From Octopus sinensis (lineage: Eukaryota): a stretch of 64,000 nt of DNA. The position numbers were made by a program, and so were the translations under genes. Each line of letters opens with the position of its first letter. Position 1 is the stretch's first letter. Where the stretch lies: NCBI RefSeq assembly GCF_006345805.1, contig NC_043007.1, positions 51,088,001 to 51,152,000 of the forward strand. The letters are read 5' to 3'. The notes under the pieces are model-generated. The model did no database searches, was not told the origin of the DNA, and worked only from the letters and a program-made list of their open reading frames with translations. Below, in pieces: positions 1 to 13,589 of the stretch.

Positions 1-316
1 GCGTGGCTTAGTGGTTAGGGCATTCGGCTCATGATCGTAAGGTTGTGAGTTCGATTCCCGGCGACGCGTTGTGTCCTTGAGCAAGACACTTTATTTCACG
101 TTGCTCCAGTCCACTCAGCTGGCAAAAGTGAGTTGTACCTGTATTTCAAAGGGCCAGCCTTGTCACACTCTGTGTCACGCTGAATCTCCTTGCGAACTAC
201 GTTAAGGGTACACGTGTCTGTGGAATGCTCAGCCATTTGCACATTAATTTCACGAGCAAGCTGTTCCGTTGATCGTATCAGCTGGGACTTTCGTCGCCGT
301 AACCGACGGAGTGCTC
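1..316 (+). mobile_element. tRNA-derived SINE (head type 1 + shared 3' body T1), possibly clipped at window start
   Basis: A-box-like TGGCTTAGTGG (4-14), B-box GTTCGATTCCC (49-59), then GTGTCCTTGAGCAAGACACTT; 3' body shared with 2167-2550 and 44061-44420; ends in an A-run followed by (TA)n. Confidence 0.85.
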
Positions 317-331
317 AAAAAAAAAAAATTC

Positions 332-369
<38 letters not shown>

Positions 370-388
370 ATATATATAAATATATATG

Positions 389-422
<34 letters not shown>

Positions 423-1089
423 CACACACACATACAGGCGTACATGCATACATATATACAGACATGCATATATACATATATACGCGCGTACGTACACACG
501 TATGTGCGTGCTTCAAAGTGTGTATATATATGTCGAAAGATAGATAAACAGATATAGATAGATAGATAGATGTTTTTTGTATAACTTTCTCAACCGTTGC
601 CGAAACAGTAACAGTTTTGCAATTATTGTTTCCCAATATTTACGAAATTAACAATTGTTTCCCCCAAGATTATAAATTGGTAACATAGAACCACCATTAG
701 ATTTTGCCTTCTCGTGTCACGCATCCAAAATTCTTTAACCACTAAGGCAACATTTACTATTTCCTTGGATGAAGTAGTCAGGGATAGTAAATATACAGAG
801 AGCCTCTTCGAGAATATTGGCTCGTGAGATGTGCACTGTAATACTAAACAAACCTTTGATTTTCAGCATGATTTTCGTTGTAGCAGATGAGATAGGCACA
901 AACGCTGAGTATCATATATATAAACAGGGGGCTAGGTATATTTGGGAACATAATTGGTAATTTAGTAAAACAACTCTAAACTAAGGAAATCCAAATGTAT
1001 TTTAATAAAAAAATTGTGAACATATTCTCGATAAGCATTCTTGCATGATATTTTTACCAACCCGACTACAGCTTCGAAGACTGCATTAA

Positions 1090-1840
1090 TGCCAGACTAG
1101 AATCGTTGATATGGTACCCATTCGTTTCAGACATCGTCTGGACAATGGCAGCCTTCACTGAAGCTATGCTATTGTGAAGATGTCGATTCAACAACACTCC
1201 AAACTTTGTAGAACTTCGGATTTAAGTTTGACGAGTTTGGAGATTATTTTGTATTACATCCATTCTTTGGTTACGTGGCCTTTGTGAGAAGGTACTGAGT
1301 CTTGTTGAAACCCATTCAGCCTTCTACGTATTATCCAAGACTTAATAACTGGCTTAATAACCTCAAAGTATCCAACAGCATTAATTTATGAGCCCGTGGA
1401 AAGATTCAGGGTGTCATAACATGACCTTCATTAGTCATCACTCTTAAACCCATCACAGATGGTGGAAATTTTGTGTATACCATACCCGGGACAGCGGAAG
1501 GTTCAACACATAACCATCTGTCATTTTTCCTATTAGACTTCTCGCCAGAGAAGAACCAAAGCATGTCATGTTCATGAGAGTTTTTAACGTTATTAAGTAA
1601 CCATTTGACACAGACAAAGTATTTTCCTGTTTGTTTGTAGTATGAATTGGCCTCTCCTCATTTGATATGATGGTATCGACTTTCTTCGTGTACCACGGTT
1701 CTGATAGACCACTCCGACCCATGAAGTCCTTCGGCGAAGGCCCTCATTTATTTTCCAGTATCCTCATTGATCATATTTTGAACGGTTGGATGAAGATATG
1801 TCTCCTCCTCATAAACTCCAAATGTCTAGACAATTTTTTT
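1090..1840 (-). mobile_element. Decayed maT/DD37D-like (Tc1/mariner superfamily) transposase remnant
   Basis: Minus-strand fragments RKNDRWLCVEPSAV, YTKFPPSVMG, FQQDSVPSHK, interrupted by stops and frameshifts; homologous to 8300-9300 and 39190-39880. Confidence 0.75.
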
Positions 1841-2117
1841 CAGCCTTGTGTACAGTTGAATCTTTTCACGACAGAAGCTTCCAATTACAACAGATCTTCG
1901 AGTACAATATACTTTCGTTTATTTAGAATGTTAACAATTTCCAAGTTGCTGTGTTCTGCAAACAAGACAACATTGATTGCGTCTCTTTTCATTACTGGTG
2001 TTAGCATCTATCCATCCATCCATCCATCCAAACATACATACACGCATACATAAATACATACACGCACATACAATTACACACATATATATGTATGTGTGTA
2101 TATATATATATATATAC

Positions 2118-2159
<42 letters not shown>

Positions 2160-2166
2160 ATGTGTA

Positions 2167-2550
2167 GAGGCGCAATGGCCCAGTAGTTAGGACAGCGGAC
2201 TCGCGGTCGTAGGATCGTATTTTGGTTTCGATACCCAGACCAGGCGTTGTGAGTGTTTATTGAGCGAAAACAGCTAAAAGCTCCACCATGCTCCAGCAAG
2301 AGGTGGTGGAGAACCCTGCTGTAGTCTTTTACCACAACGTTCTCTCGCTCTTTCTTTCTGTTTCTGTTGTACGTGTATTTCAAAGGACCAGCCTTGTCAC
2401 ACTCTGTGTCACGCTGAATCTCCCCCGAGAACTACGTTAAGGGTACACTTGCCTGTGGAGTGCTCAGTTACTTGCACGTTAATTTCACGGGCAGGCTGTT
2501 CCGTTGATCGGATCAACTGGAACCCTCGTCGTCGCAACCGATGGAGTGCC
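2167..2550 (+). mobile_element. tRNA-derived SINE (head type 2 + shared body T1)
   Basis: tRNA-like head GGCGCAATGGCCCAGTAGTTAG...GGTTTCGATACC; 3' half aligns with about 135-316 and with 44061-44420. Confidence 0.85.
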
Positions 2551-2579
2551 ACACACATACACACACACATGCACTAATG

Positions 2580-2639
<60 letters not shown>

Positions 2640-3083
2640 GTGCTTGTGTATCCAACTATGAATTCATCTTTCCATACGCAGACACACACAAACACACACA
2701 CACACAACTGTATATTACAAAGAGAGAGGGGAAGAGGGAGAGAGGGAGGGAGGGAGGGAGAGAAGTTGTCATTTCTTCGTCATTATTTACATTACCTCTG
2801 TGTGTACAAGCTGTTAGTTTTGAACTTGAAGTCACTAAATTTTTGATACCCAAGGATCAGGTTATTATTTTCTCTCTCACACTCTCTATGTCTCTTTCTC
2901 CTCTTTCCCTCTCCCTCCCTCTCTCTCTCCCTCTTCCACTACCACTATCGGTCTTTTTTCGTTTTTACCTGCACAGTATTTAACATTTATTCTCGTTCTG
3001 CTCCCCCTCTCTTTCACTCCGTGTATCCTTCACACACACATACACACATAAATATGCATATGTATGTATATGCATATACATAC

Positions 3084-3191
<108 letters not shown>

Positions 3192-3234
3192 ACACACACA
3201 TATACGTACGCACACACACACAAGAGTATATATA

Positions 3235-3270
<36 letters not shown>

Positions 3271-3310
3271 TATATATATACACACATATACGTACGCACA
3301 CACACAAGAG

Positions 3311-3348
<38 letters not shown>

Positions 3349-3688
3349 TACACACCTGAAAAACATGTTGCTCCCACCTTTGACCTCCTTGTCTATTAAG
3401 CATTTTTCTCCAGTGTCTTTTTACCCAATCGTCAACTGAGAAGGTCATCAAACACGAAGAAAAGCGGAGAAAACGGATAAGTAACCTCCGCCCTTGTTCC
3501 TGTCAGGTCTGTTAGTGAAGCGAAAGAGAGGGGGAGAGAGAGGTCGAGAAGAGAAGGTGGGTGAGGAAGAGAAGAGGGAGAGGGTGAGATATCAGAGACG
3601 CTTCCGACATGGATACCTGTGGGACTCAAATGTCAGTCTTGCTTTGTTAGTTTTACACATTACTATGCGTGGATATGCATGCATACAT

Positions 3689-3738
<50 letters not shown>

Positions 3739-4540
3739 ACACACAAACACACACACACACACACACACATACACACACATACAAATATACTAGTGTGTAT
3801 GTGTGTGTGTGTAATTGATAGCGAGAGACAGCGAGAAAGAGCGTGATTTATTCTGTATGCGCGAATGTGTGTCTATAAGTATACACTTGTTTGCATAGTG
3901 GGTGTGTGTGTGTGTGCATATTATGTAGGTATGAACTTGTGCGTAAATATAACTATTTTTTTCAAAGCTTTTCCATTTCTGAACTATTTTCGAAGACTCA
4001 CCAATGATGTTTTTGTAATAAATTTTATGTTATAAAACATCAGAAAACTTATATCTATAAATGTATGTTGAAAACACATTTATTCCATCGTACCTGATGG
4101 TTTTGTGCGATCATCAGGATTCATCAGTGAGAGAAGTTAAAATAGTAGTTGTGATATCTTAAAACGTTCGACCCTGCGTGGTCATGCCGGCAATATTCTT
4201 TTCACTAAGCAACAGGAGGTGTTCCTCCTTTAAATTCAATCAATAAGAACATTGACATATAATGTGGCAAGTTGAGCTAAGCCCTGTCATTTCTTTCAAG
4301 ATTAAAGGAGGGTCAGGTAAAAATGGAGCTAGAGCTTCTCTGGAAAATAGCAGTCCTCAAACGTTGATCATTTGTAATCATCGGCGCTCAATGTCTTTAA
4401 TTCTTCATGTGACATTCATATTCCATCCAGCAATCACTAGTTTCTAAATGTTTTCGAAGTGAAGAGGTGCTGCTAATAAGTTGTCGATGGAAAAACATGA
4501 GTTGTCTTGGTGAAACTACTTTAATGTTATTTGGATGAAA

Positions 4541-4692
4541 GGCGACGAGTTGGCAGAATCGTTAGCATGCTGGGAGAATGCTTAACGGCATTAAGTCTGA
4601 GTTCAAATTCAGCCTTTGCCTTCCATCCTTCAGGATCTAATCGACTTAGCTCCTTCCTCAAAATTTCTGGCCTTGCGCCAAAACTTTGAAAC
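4541..4692 (+). mobile_element. SINE family B (GGCGGCGAGCTGGCAGAATCGTTAGC head), internally deleted
   Basis: Same head and GAGTTCAAATTC B-box-like motif recur at about 26740-26895(-), 30515-30640, 31950-32108, 38780-38975(-), 41035-41200(-), 54685-54865, 56985-57195, 57437-57640 and 59170-59295. Confidence 0.75.
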
Positions 4693-7600
4693 CAATTTGT
4701 CATCTGGATGCCTTCAGCACTATGTAGCAGAGTGATGTGTAGATGGCGAATGTGTTGGTGACATATACAATATTTCCAGGATTGTGCTTTTCAGGGAGGA
4801 TACTCCCATTCCTCGGTGATTTCATGTCAGATGTTGTTGCTGTCATTGATATGGCTACACAATACTTGCGTTATAACCCTTTATGATATTTGGTATCTTA
4901 TTTATCTAACCGAACTGAATCTTAACTATACTTTATGGTTCCTTTAGAAAAGATGCTTTTTCATTGAGATTGTAGGATGGAGTGCATCATGAAAAGGTTC
5001 TCATCATTGAATAACGGATGCGTAACATCCAGGAGGAAGTTTTACTTTGTGTAAGAAGAAATATCATGTACCATGTTATCTAAGAACACCTCAGCCTTTT
5101 ATACAAAAGGTGAACATACAAAAAGGAACAATTCAAATGTTAATTAGTAATAATATATGTCTGTTCTATTTTAGCTTTCCTCCCTGATTCAATCTGAGCT
5201 AAACACTCAATGTTTACGACTCTAGTTGCTATATTCTTTATGTTATACACACATGTGACCTGGTTTGAAAGTTTGCAACAGGAAAATGGACTCTAACAAA
5301 GGGTTATGTATTGATGTAAAATCAGCTAAAATCGGCCATTGGTTTGCCTTAAAATCACTAAAAACACAAGTACTTCATGATACTTAGTTTATATTCCTTC
5401 TCAAACGCCTTCGGTCCCACTTCACTTTTCATGGTAAACTATAATGTATATCACTTCTGTTGTTAGTTGTTAATGGATTTGTATTCACTCAACGACATTC
5501 TGCAAATTCTCCACCACCTTGCAGTAGTTAATCGATCTCTTATCTCTCAAAATTATCTTTATTACACATATCGCTATTTCTACTCCAAATCCATCACTGA
5601 TTCTACTGCAATTCTATCAATGTTTCTGTTCCAATCGTACCAATATCCGTCAACTCAATCAGTGTTCCTACCCCGACTCTACCGCCGTTTCTACCCCAGT
5701 TCTACCATTATTTTTAAACATACAACAATTTTTTGTAGTGCATCACTGTAAAGAGTCTTGAACAAAATGTCCTTGCGCTCTTTCTGACACCAGCCACAAT
5801 TCACTATCCAGACAAATAGCTACATAACAGTCATCATCGTCATCATCACTAAAACTGGAATTTTTTTTGAGAGAGAAAATATTTAGTTCGCACACAACCA
5901 CGCACGCACACGCACTGTTACATGTGTTTCGACTGAGTCTTCGTTTTGAGAGTCACTAAGTCATTCTCTTAATATTTTGCTTTCTGTTGTAGCATCGATC
6001 TATAGGCTGTATATTCATTTGTCCCTCCTATCACTAAACTGTACACAACAAACTCACAACAGACATCCAGCAAATGGTTCGGACTGAACATTGATTGAAT
6101 CAAATTCTCCCATATCCCATAATCCATAGAGAGACGTATTTCATCATAATTGTCCTATCGGGTGACTTGCCTGGATCCATAAGTCATATTGGTTTTTTAA
6201 TAGCTGAATGTCTCGTCTGCCTACGCTACGACTACATATGATAGCAGTAGTTCGGTAACTGATCTGGTTGATCCTGACCGCTGACAGTGTGTCAACTGTT
6301 CATCCGTTCAGCATCTAGTTATATTCAACATTGACTCAATAATTTAATCTGCTGAAATAACTCATATCCACCATGTTGCAGCCCAAGATTTCAACGGAAT
6401 CTGTAGTAGCTAACAGGTGCTCGCCCTTGCCCATGAAAAACATATTCAGAAAACAAAAATCCACACTTAAAGAAGTAAGAAATAAACTAGCCATGAAACT
6501 AATATCGCTCTATTATTCCCCATGTAAGAAATTGAAGACATTAATCCGTTATATACAACAGAGGCAGATTAAATTAAAATAGCAATCTGTGTATTAATGT
6601 TAATAGATCGCGAGTATTTCCACCAGTCTCTGCTGGGACACTTTTCGCATGCATCCAATATATATTGTGTAAATATATAAATACAGCACGTGCATTCACG
6701 ATGTATTTACATTAAGTGTAATACATAGATGGCTATTTTATTCCAGTTCAGTTTCTGTTGCATGAACGGATATTTATTCAGCCAGGTGATTATTTGAAAC
6801 ACCAATGATTCTGTATCCAGTTTTCCTGAATCGATGGCAGCAAATCTCACCTTTGCATGCAGTTGGCTAGAGTAGACGCTATTGGTAATTCCACCAGTGG
6901 AAATGCTTCTAACATACTTACCAGTCGCTTCTAGCATGATTTCAGTTTGCTTCCGATTTCAGTTTGGTTTTTAAACACGACACCTACATAAGCGATATTA
7001 TCTCCGAGCAAATACGGCAGTTAATTTGCCTTCGCGATTTATTTACATTGAGTATACTACACCAAGAGCTATTTGGATATATCAAATTTTATAAAAACTT
7101 TTAAATGAAAAAATTTTGAGTTGAAGGAAACGAAGAATAACAAGAAAAAAAAAATACACATTTAGAACTTAGCCGACTCTCCAAACAAGAATATATTTCC
7201 AAATAGAAACTGACTTGCGAAACATTTTGAAAGGATGAGAGTCTAAAGTGTAAATTTCAGATGAAGTGGGGGAAGATGAAGGATTTTTGACAGGAATTAC
7301 TCCAATATAGACGAATAAACCAAGCAACTGCTAGATTCAATTAGAGAAAATTATTTGAAACTTACACCGTTAATATTTAGCAATGTAAACAAAAATCAGA
7401 TGCCAATATCGTTTTAATACAAACAGAATGAAGACCAAGGGAAAATTGTGGATGAGAAGGTCTTTAAAAAAGTTTTTTTTAAATCTACGACCATGTTAAT
7501 ATTGAACAGAATAAGAGTGTGTTGGTATATTAGATGTCTGGAAAATCCATAAGTATTTCTGAAAACTAAAATATTTCATGTTCACGCCGGTAGAGATATA

Positions 7601-7814
7601 AACAACCACCAAACTTTCTTTTGATGAAAAAGAAGTTTAAAAAATACATCTTACACAGACTGAAATTAAAATAGCAAGAGAAATGGAGAAATTATGAAAA
7701 TTTCCCTGTAAATCTGTAGATTTTTAAAGGAAGTTGGCTCAACTGAAACGCCGTAGTCTCCATGACCTTCTCAAGAGTTATTTTCCACTTGCTTAATCCC
7801 AGCTGTAAAGGAAA

Positions 7815-8040
7815 GTGGCTTAATGGTTAGGGTGTTGCACTCATAACTGTAAGATCATGGTTTCAATTCTCAAACTAGGTGATGCGTTGTGTTTTTTGGC
7901 AATAAACTTCATTTCATGTTGTTCCAGTTCACGTATCTCTAAATGAGTTCCAGGTTAGCCGTGGGATGGACCGGCATTTCACTCAGAGACGTGTGTTGGA
8001 AAGAGGGTTAAACTCCGACTTTATGACTCCAGAGGCTTAT
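7815..8040 (+). mobile_element. Decayed tRNA-derived SINE (head type 1, different 3' body)
   Basis: GTGGCTTAATGGTTAGGG...GGTTTCAATTC...GCGTTGTGTTTTTTGGCAATAAACTTCATTTCATGTTGTTCCAGTTCAC aligns with 1-120, then diverges. Confidence 0.65.
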
Positions 8041-8299
8041 GACAGACCTAAATTTAAATCTAACCCCAGGTCAGCCCTCATGAAGCCAATCTGAGATAAA
8101 AGACTTTCCAAGTGAACATCGCTTCTCCGTTGGTCTATTCTTTTCAGACTGTGTATCAAGGACTACAGATTCTTTCCATTTTTATCTACCTGCATATACG
8201 TGTATAAATATATAGATACAGAGTGCATAAGTTTTTTTAGGGTACTTCTTTTAGGAGCTCCTACCTTTTTCAAAATTTAAGTGTTTTACCTTACTCTTC

Positions 8300-9300
8300 A
8301 GATAAACAATGTCAGACAAAAGCTGATCCAGCAAAAGAAAAAGCATTGCCTTAGAAGCGCAGTATAGTGATACAAAGCTCGCTTCCTGGAAGTTGCCCGT
8401 TCCTTCGTTGTCAAAGTTCAAAGGAGCTGAAAGCTCCTGACAGGGATCCAACTTCAACAGCAAAACGCATGCAAAGAACCCTTATACAATCAGAACACAT
8501 AATTGTGTACAAAAAAGAATCCAAGAAATAATCGATAATCGATAAAAAAAAGTCAGAGTCATTGTAAAGGATCTCAAGGTTTCAGAATGAACCATCAGAA
8601 GAGTTGTGGATGAGGACATCCTGTACGAATCGTATTTGATGCGGAGTGGTCAGTTTATGTTGGATATGACAAGAGAGAGTCGCTCGGTTCGTGCAAAGCG
8701 ATTACTAAACAAGTTGAAACACCAAAAGGTTGGAATTCTATGGTTTTCCTCAGTGAGAAAACTTTTGCTCAGGACCACAATGTAAACCGAAGAAATGACA
8801 GATGGTTATGGAAAGACCCAAATGAGGCTTCATCAGTCATGTATACGAAGTTCTCAGCAACTGTCCGTCTGCAATGAAGGATATGTTATTTCTCACAGGG
8901 CTTAAAAGTAAATGTCACAGTCTGTTCAGAGGTGTTGAAGAAGGTTGTGAGGTCTCAGACTGACGAAGTATGCAAAAGAAGACCGTACTTCTTCCAACAA
9001 GACTCTGCACCATTTCATAAGGCTAGAATATTTCAAGAATGAATGCGGCTAATCCCCATGACTATGTTCCCTCAGACACATGGCTTCCTAGGTCACCAGA
9101 CCACTATCCACTGGACAATTACTTATGGGATGTAATCAAGAGCCGAGTCAATCAACACTCCCATGACACCATATAACCTCACAAGTCCACCATATCAATC
9201 ACTGTATCCAAAATTGATAATCTAATTCGGTCATGTCAACGCTTCCGACCTGTATTGAAGCAGCCACCGATGCTGACGGTAAATACATTGATTCGGTATG
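8300..9300 (+). mobile_element. Decayed maT/DD37D-like transposase
   Basis: Fragments EKTFAQDHNVNRRNDRWLWKDP, RPYFFQQDSAPFHKA and WLPRSPDHYPLDNYLWDV correspond to the D, D, D catalytic regions; many stops. Confidence 0.8.
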
Positions 9301-9434
9301 ATAAAAGGATTCTCAAGATCATTTGTACCGATTTGTTCTCAAGCGCAGTCTTTGATGAGCTCTGTGTCCAAATTCATAGAAATGACTTCAAAAACTGATG
9401 CCCACTGGATATATATTCTTTTAATTATTTCGGT

Positions 9435-9620
9435 CATTAGACTTCGGCCATGCTGGGACCCCCATCTTGAAAAATCTGAGGTGGGTGAAACGATTCCAGT
9501 ACTTTTTTATTTTTTTAAGCCTGGTATTTATTCTATCGGTCACTAAGTTACAGGGACGTCAAAACACACCAGCACCGGTTGTCAAGCAGTAGTCGGTGAC
9601 AAGCACACACGCACACACAT
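9435..9620 (-). mobile_element. SINE family C, 3' fragment
   Basis: CATTAGACTTCGGCCATGCTGG...GCTAAGTTACAGGGACGT-like body matches the fuller copy at 37745-38165. Confidence 0.7.
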
Positions 9621-9647
9621 ACAGACACACAAGCATACACACACATA

Positions 9648-9697
<50 letters not shown>

Positions 9698-9730
9698 ATA
9701 TATATATATACATATATATATATACATACA

Positions 9731-9763
<33 letters not shown>

Positions 9764-9764
<1 letters not shown>

Positions 9765-10242
9765 CAAGAAAAAAGCAACAAGAATGGATTAGTTGTTCAG
9801 TACAATTGTTTCATAAGAAGAACAGCTTTATTAAAAGCTGCAAATATTGCAGCAAATACAAGTGTCCCGTATTCATCAGCCAAAACACATATGAGTTTTC
9901 CAAACATCCTAGGGGTGAGGCTACACTCATGAAGTATCGAAGAGAGTTCTATGAAAAGCAAAGTTACATTGTAAGCAGACTTCAAATGTTCTCTAATCAT
10001 GCACAGTTTTATAAAAGGTTGTTAAAAAAGTTTGTTAGCTTCACAGAAAAGGTAAATCCATCCATAATAATGCAGGTGTAATTTCCGGAGATATGAGGAG
10101 ATATTTTATACTCAGAGAAGATGAATGTATCCATAATAATGTAGATGTATTTGCTGCAATATTTGTAGCTTTTAATAAAGCTGTTCTTCGTATGAAACAA
10201 TTGTACTGAACAACTAATCCATTCTTGTTGCTTTTTTCTTGT
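9764..10242. repeat. Foldback element: 97-bp inverted arms (9764-9860 / 10146-10242), Penelope-like pLTR remnant
   Basis: Arms are reverse complements with 2 mismatches by eye; starts right after (TA)n; left arm contains the 3' part of the hammerhead H1, which extends into the spacer. Confidence 0.85.
9795..9886 (-). ncRNA. Type I hammerhead ribozyme motif H1 (intact core, long stem II)
   Basis: Minus strand: GUUUUGG-CUGAUGA-[AUAcGGGACA...GCUGCAA-uau-UUGCAGC...UGUUCUucuUAU]-GAAAC-AAUU-GUA-CUGAAC. Stem III ACAAUUGU is palindromic; cleavage triplet GUA; stem I is about 5 bp with G-U pairs. Confidence 0.75.
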
Positions 10243-10388
10243 CTATAATCACCCCACATTATTGTATTGTTAATACTATATAGTATTAACTTCTGGTGCA
10301 TCTAAGTTAAGTACCGCATTCATGTGAATTCATTGGAACTCACTTGAATCTTAATTGTTTTTACATATATATATACATATATATATAT

Positions 10389-10437
<49 letters not shown>

Positions 10438-10749
10438 CATATATATCTATATATATCTATATATGTGTGTTTGTGTATGTGTGTTTGTGTATGTCTGTGT
10501 GTATGTGTGTACATATATACACACAGACATATATATATATATACATACATACACACAGACATACACAAACACACATACACGTACACACACACTCATATGT
10601 ATGTAAGTATGTATGTATGTATGTATTTATGTATGTATGTATGCATGCATGCATGTATGTGTGTAGATATGTGCTTATGTATATGAGGACCAAGTCTTGC
10701 AATTAGGTTTCCATTGGTGGAAAAGAAGTATCAAGTCTGTCTTCCCAGG

Positions 10750-12090
10750 ACACTCATTTCAACCATGATGAGTTTTCTTCGCACTCTTGGGGAGCAGGTG
10801 CATGTTTGGTCTGAGTGATGTTACGGCAACCTCCTCACGGAAAACGATCCTGGCCTCACGATTTGTATTTACAAGTCTGAGACTAGATGCAAGATAGAAA
10901 ATATGTCTTCTATTGTTGCTTACGTCTTAGGACCCATGTTAATTTCTCTAAGGAATCTGATACCTTTGAGTGGTGATGGCAACTGTTCGTTGGCCTTAGC
11001 CCTTTGCGGGTCTGTTCAGTTGGCATTTTCTGCAAGGACCTTTCTGTGTTCTTACCTACATTGGTCCTTTCTCATTGCTATCGGGCATACAGTTAAAATT
11101 TGGTTGAGAGTTGCTACACACAAAATTTAGTTCAGAGTTGCTTGCCTCTTTGTCCTATATATTAAGGTTATCTGGATTTGGCAAAAGATCTGCAACGGCA
11201 CGCAGGAGGGAGGACAATTTTCCCTGGTCAGTATTCCAGAGTTCCTTCCACGACAGTGGGCGCTTGAGTGCTTGGCCCCACTATATTGTTTGTCCCTGGT
11301 GGGCAAATACTTCTCTCTTCACACCGAGAATCGTTTCTGTTGAATCCCGGATTCTTTGCACTCTGATCTGGGGGTTTTTCTACCTGGCATTGGTATTTTC
11401 CACCTCTTGGCTCTTTAGTTGCCAAGTTCTAGCCGTGCTTAACAGACTATTCCAACAATTTCCGGGTGCCCCCAATATGTTTCTAGTCCCTCCACTTCAT
11501 GGTTTGTTGGCATGTCTGACTTAATCATCCTCATACAAGCTGTGTGCTGATTGTTCTTGCCTGTCTTGTTTTAAATTCTTCATCCATGAAGGCTCTGAAA
11601 ACTAGATACCTTGTGTTGTCATCGACTTAGGAACTTCTCGACTCTGTTTTTCCTCTCTGCCTCCTTACTAATGTGGCTGGTTGCTGATGTATGTTCAAGG
11701 CTTCCAGAATAACCTGGGACTTTCCCTTTTACCACACTCGTGTTGTTTTCGTTGACCAGTAGATATGATGTTAATCTTTTGGTCATGACAGACCAAAAGA
11801 TATTTTTCTTGACATCTAATAGAGAGATCTCTTGAAACCGATCAAGTCCTGCTGAGTTTTTTTTCGGGAGAAAAGCAGCTTTAGCAAGGTGGCAAGGTCC
11901 CTACTTCTTCTAGAGTGAACGTTAAAGTCTTGTTAGCTTTCTCGGCCACAGGGAGCAGTTTTTTGCAAATCCTATGTGTTACCTGATGGTCGTTGAGCAG
12001 AACTTGCTCCAGTTTTTTCCATTATTGCCCTCACTTCGTCGAAAGTGAATTCTACCATGTTGATAGTTGTATGGAAGTTGAGTATTAGCA
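10750..12090 (-). mobile_element. Decayed HERO-like non-LTR retrotransposon (RT and restriction-like endonuclease fragments)
   Basis: Minus-strand fragments ISLLDVKKNIFWSVMTKRLTSYLL, KGKVPGYSGSLEHTS, LSWKELWNTDQGKLSSLLRAVADLLP and LRPNMHL..KKLIMVEMSV; many frameshifts. Confidence 0.7.
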
Positions 12091-13589
12091 GTGTGAAGAA
12101 ATAATCTCCAATATATATTTTTTAACAAATATGTGTATATATTAAAACAATATTTAACAGTCTGATAAACAATTTTCTATCCATGAAATTAGCGTGACAC
12201 GGCAGGATCTTTCAATCACTGAGAGAGGGGGAGAAAGAGAGGAGAAAGAGGGAGAGAGAGAGAAAGAGAGAGAAAGAAAGAGAGAGAAGGATCGATATTT
12301 TTTTATTTTTCCGGACTGGAACTTGGTACAACTGCTAATGATCCGGAAAGATTTTTAATGTCGCCATAGATTCAAAAGAGCTTGTAATACTTCTGGAAAG
12401 TTCATGCAGCACGGAGCACGGAGAAAAGCATCTCTGATATTTATTTCCTCCATATGTGGGGAAGGGGGCTATCTGTGTGTATATTTGTATGTGTGCTTGC
12501 ATGTCTTTTATAAATATCTTACCTCACTGAACGTTTCTACATCTCATTATTACTCTAACCTTTATAAATCACATTTCTTCTCCAGTTCTCTACCCCGTCC
12601 ACCACCTATGAACTACAAACCACCTCAATCCCCTCATTTCTCAGCCCCACTCTCATGCGTCAAACCATTTTTACACATAGATATATATCCACCTTCTAAA
12701 TCAAGCCCTTGTTCCTTTTTTTCCCTACTTGCCCCTTGAAACGTCACTTCCACCACCACCAACAACAACAATAATGATAACAACTACTAGTACTAGCAAT
12801 ATAACCAGTACCATCAACAACAGCACAATCACCGCTACCACCATTATCCCCAGCACCACCACCCTGTATCCCTACCAATTTCTCCTTGATTTCTTCTGTT
12901 AATTGTCCAATATCCCAAACTCTTTCATCTACAAGAGCAATCGTAATATGTATTAACTGACTTCAAACATTTGAAGAAATACTCGTCTCTTTCATTCTCT
13001 TTCTCGTCATTGACAAATTTGCATGTTATTTTTAATTTATTTTTTATTTATGTTTTTGTTTGATGTTCTTTTCGCTTTTCCACTTTATGTTTCTTATAAT
13101 TCCTTTAAACAGTTCTTTGGTTTTTATCCCTTAATTCCCAAAATGCCACTCCATATTTAAAACAAAGACTTCCTCTTTTTTATCAACCAAACACTGATTT
13201 TAACATTTACTTAGTTAAGTTAACACTATTAATAATAATATTATTGAAAGTACTGGGGGTCGACCATTTTTTTTCAGACATCGGAGAAATTATACTTCTA
13301 GAAAGTTTGTTTCGTGGAGCTACTTTCAGAAGCTAAGCACCTACTTGTGAACTTTAAATCGACTGTTAGTAAGATGCGTGTTTCAGTCTTTTCTGTACTG
13401 CGACAACCTTTAGCATATTTTGATATAAATTACACGACACTATTTTTCAGATATAACAAAATGCTTACTTTAGCATCATCTTGGAAATCTCTTCAAGCTT
13501 TTTTATGCAAATTTTCTAGTACAGAGGCAGCAAGCAGTAGTTCAATAAGCATTATCCTTCAAGAAATCTTTACTTGAGAATTTTTTTGA

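Noticed and set aside
1-75. tRNA gene
   Set aside because: A and B boxes are present but there is no acceptor stem closure, and the sequence runs into a repeated SINE body; the same applies at 2167, 7815 and 44061.
4081-4190. CTGATGA with a CCTGATG/CATCAGG hairpin on the minus strand
   Set aside because: No GAAA or cleavage triplet in the right position.
6707-6937. 76-aa minus-strand ORF as a host exon
   Set aside because: No recognisable domain and no convincing acceptor; internal donor-like sites conflict with the ORF.
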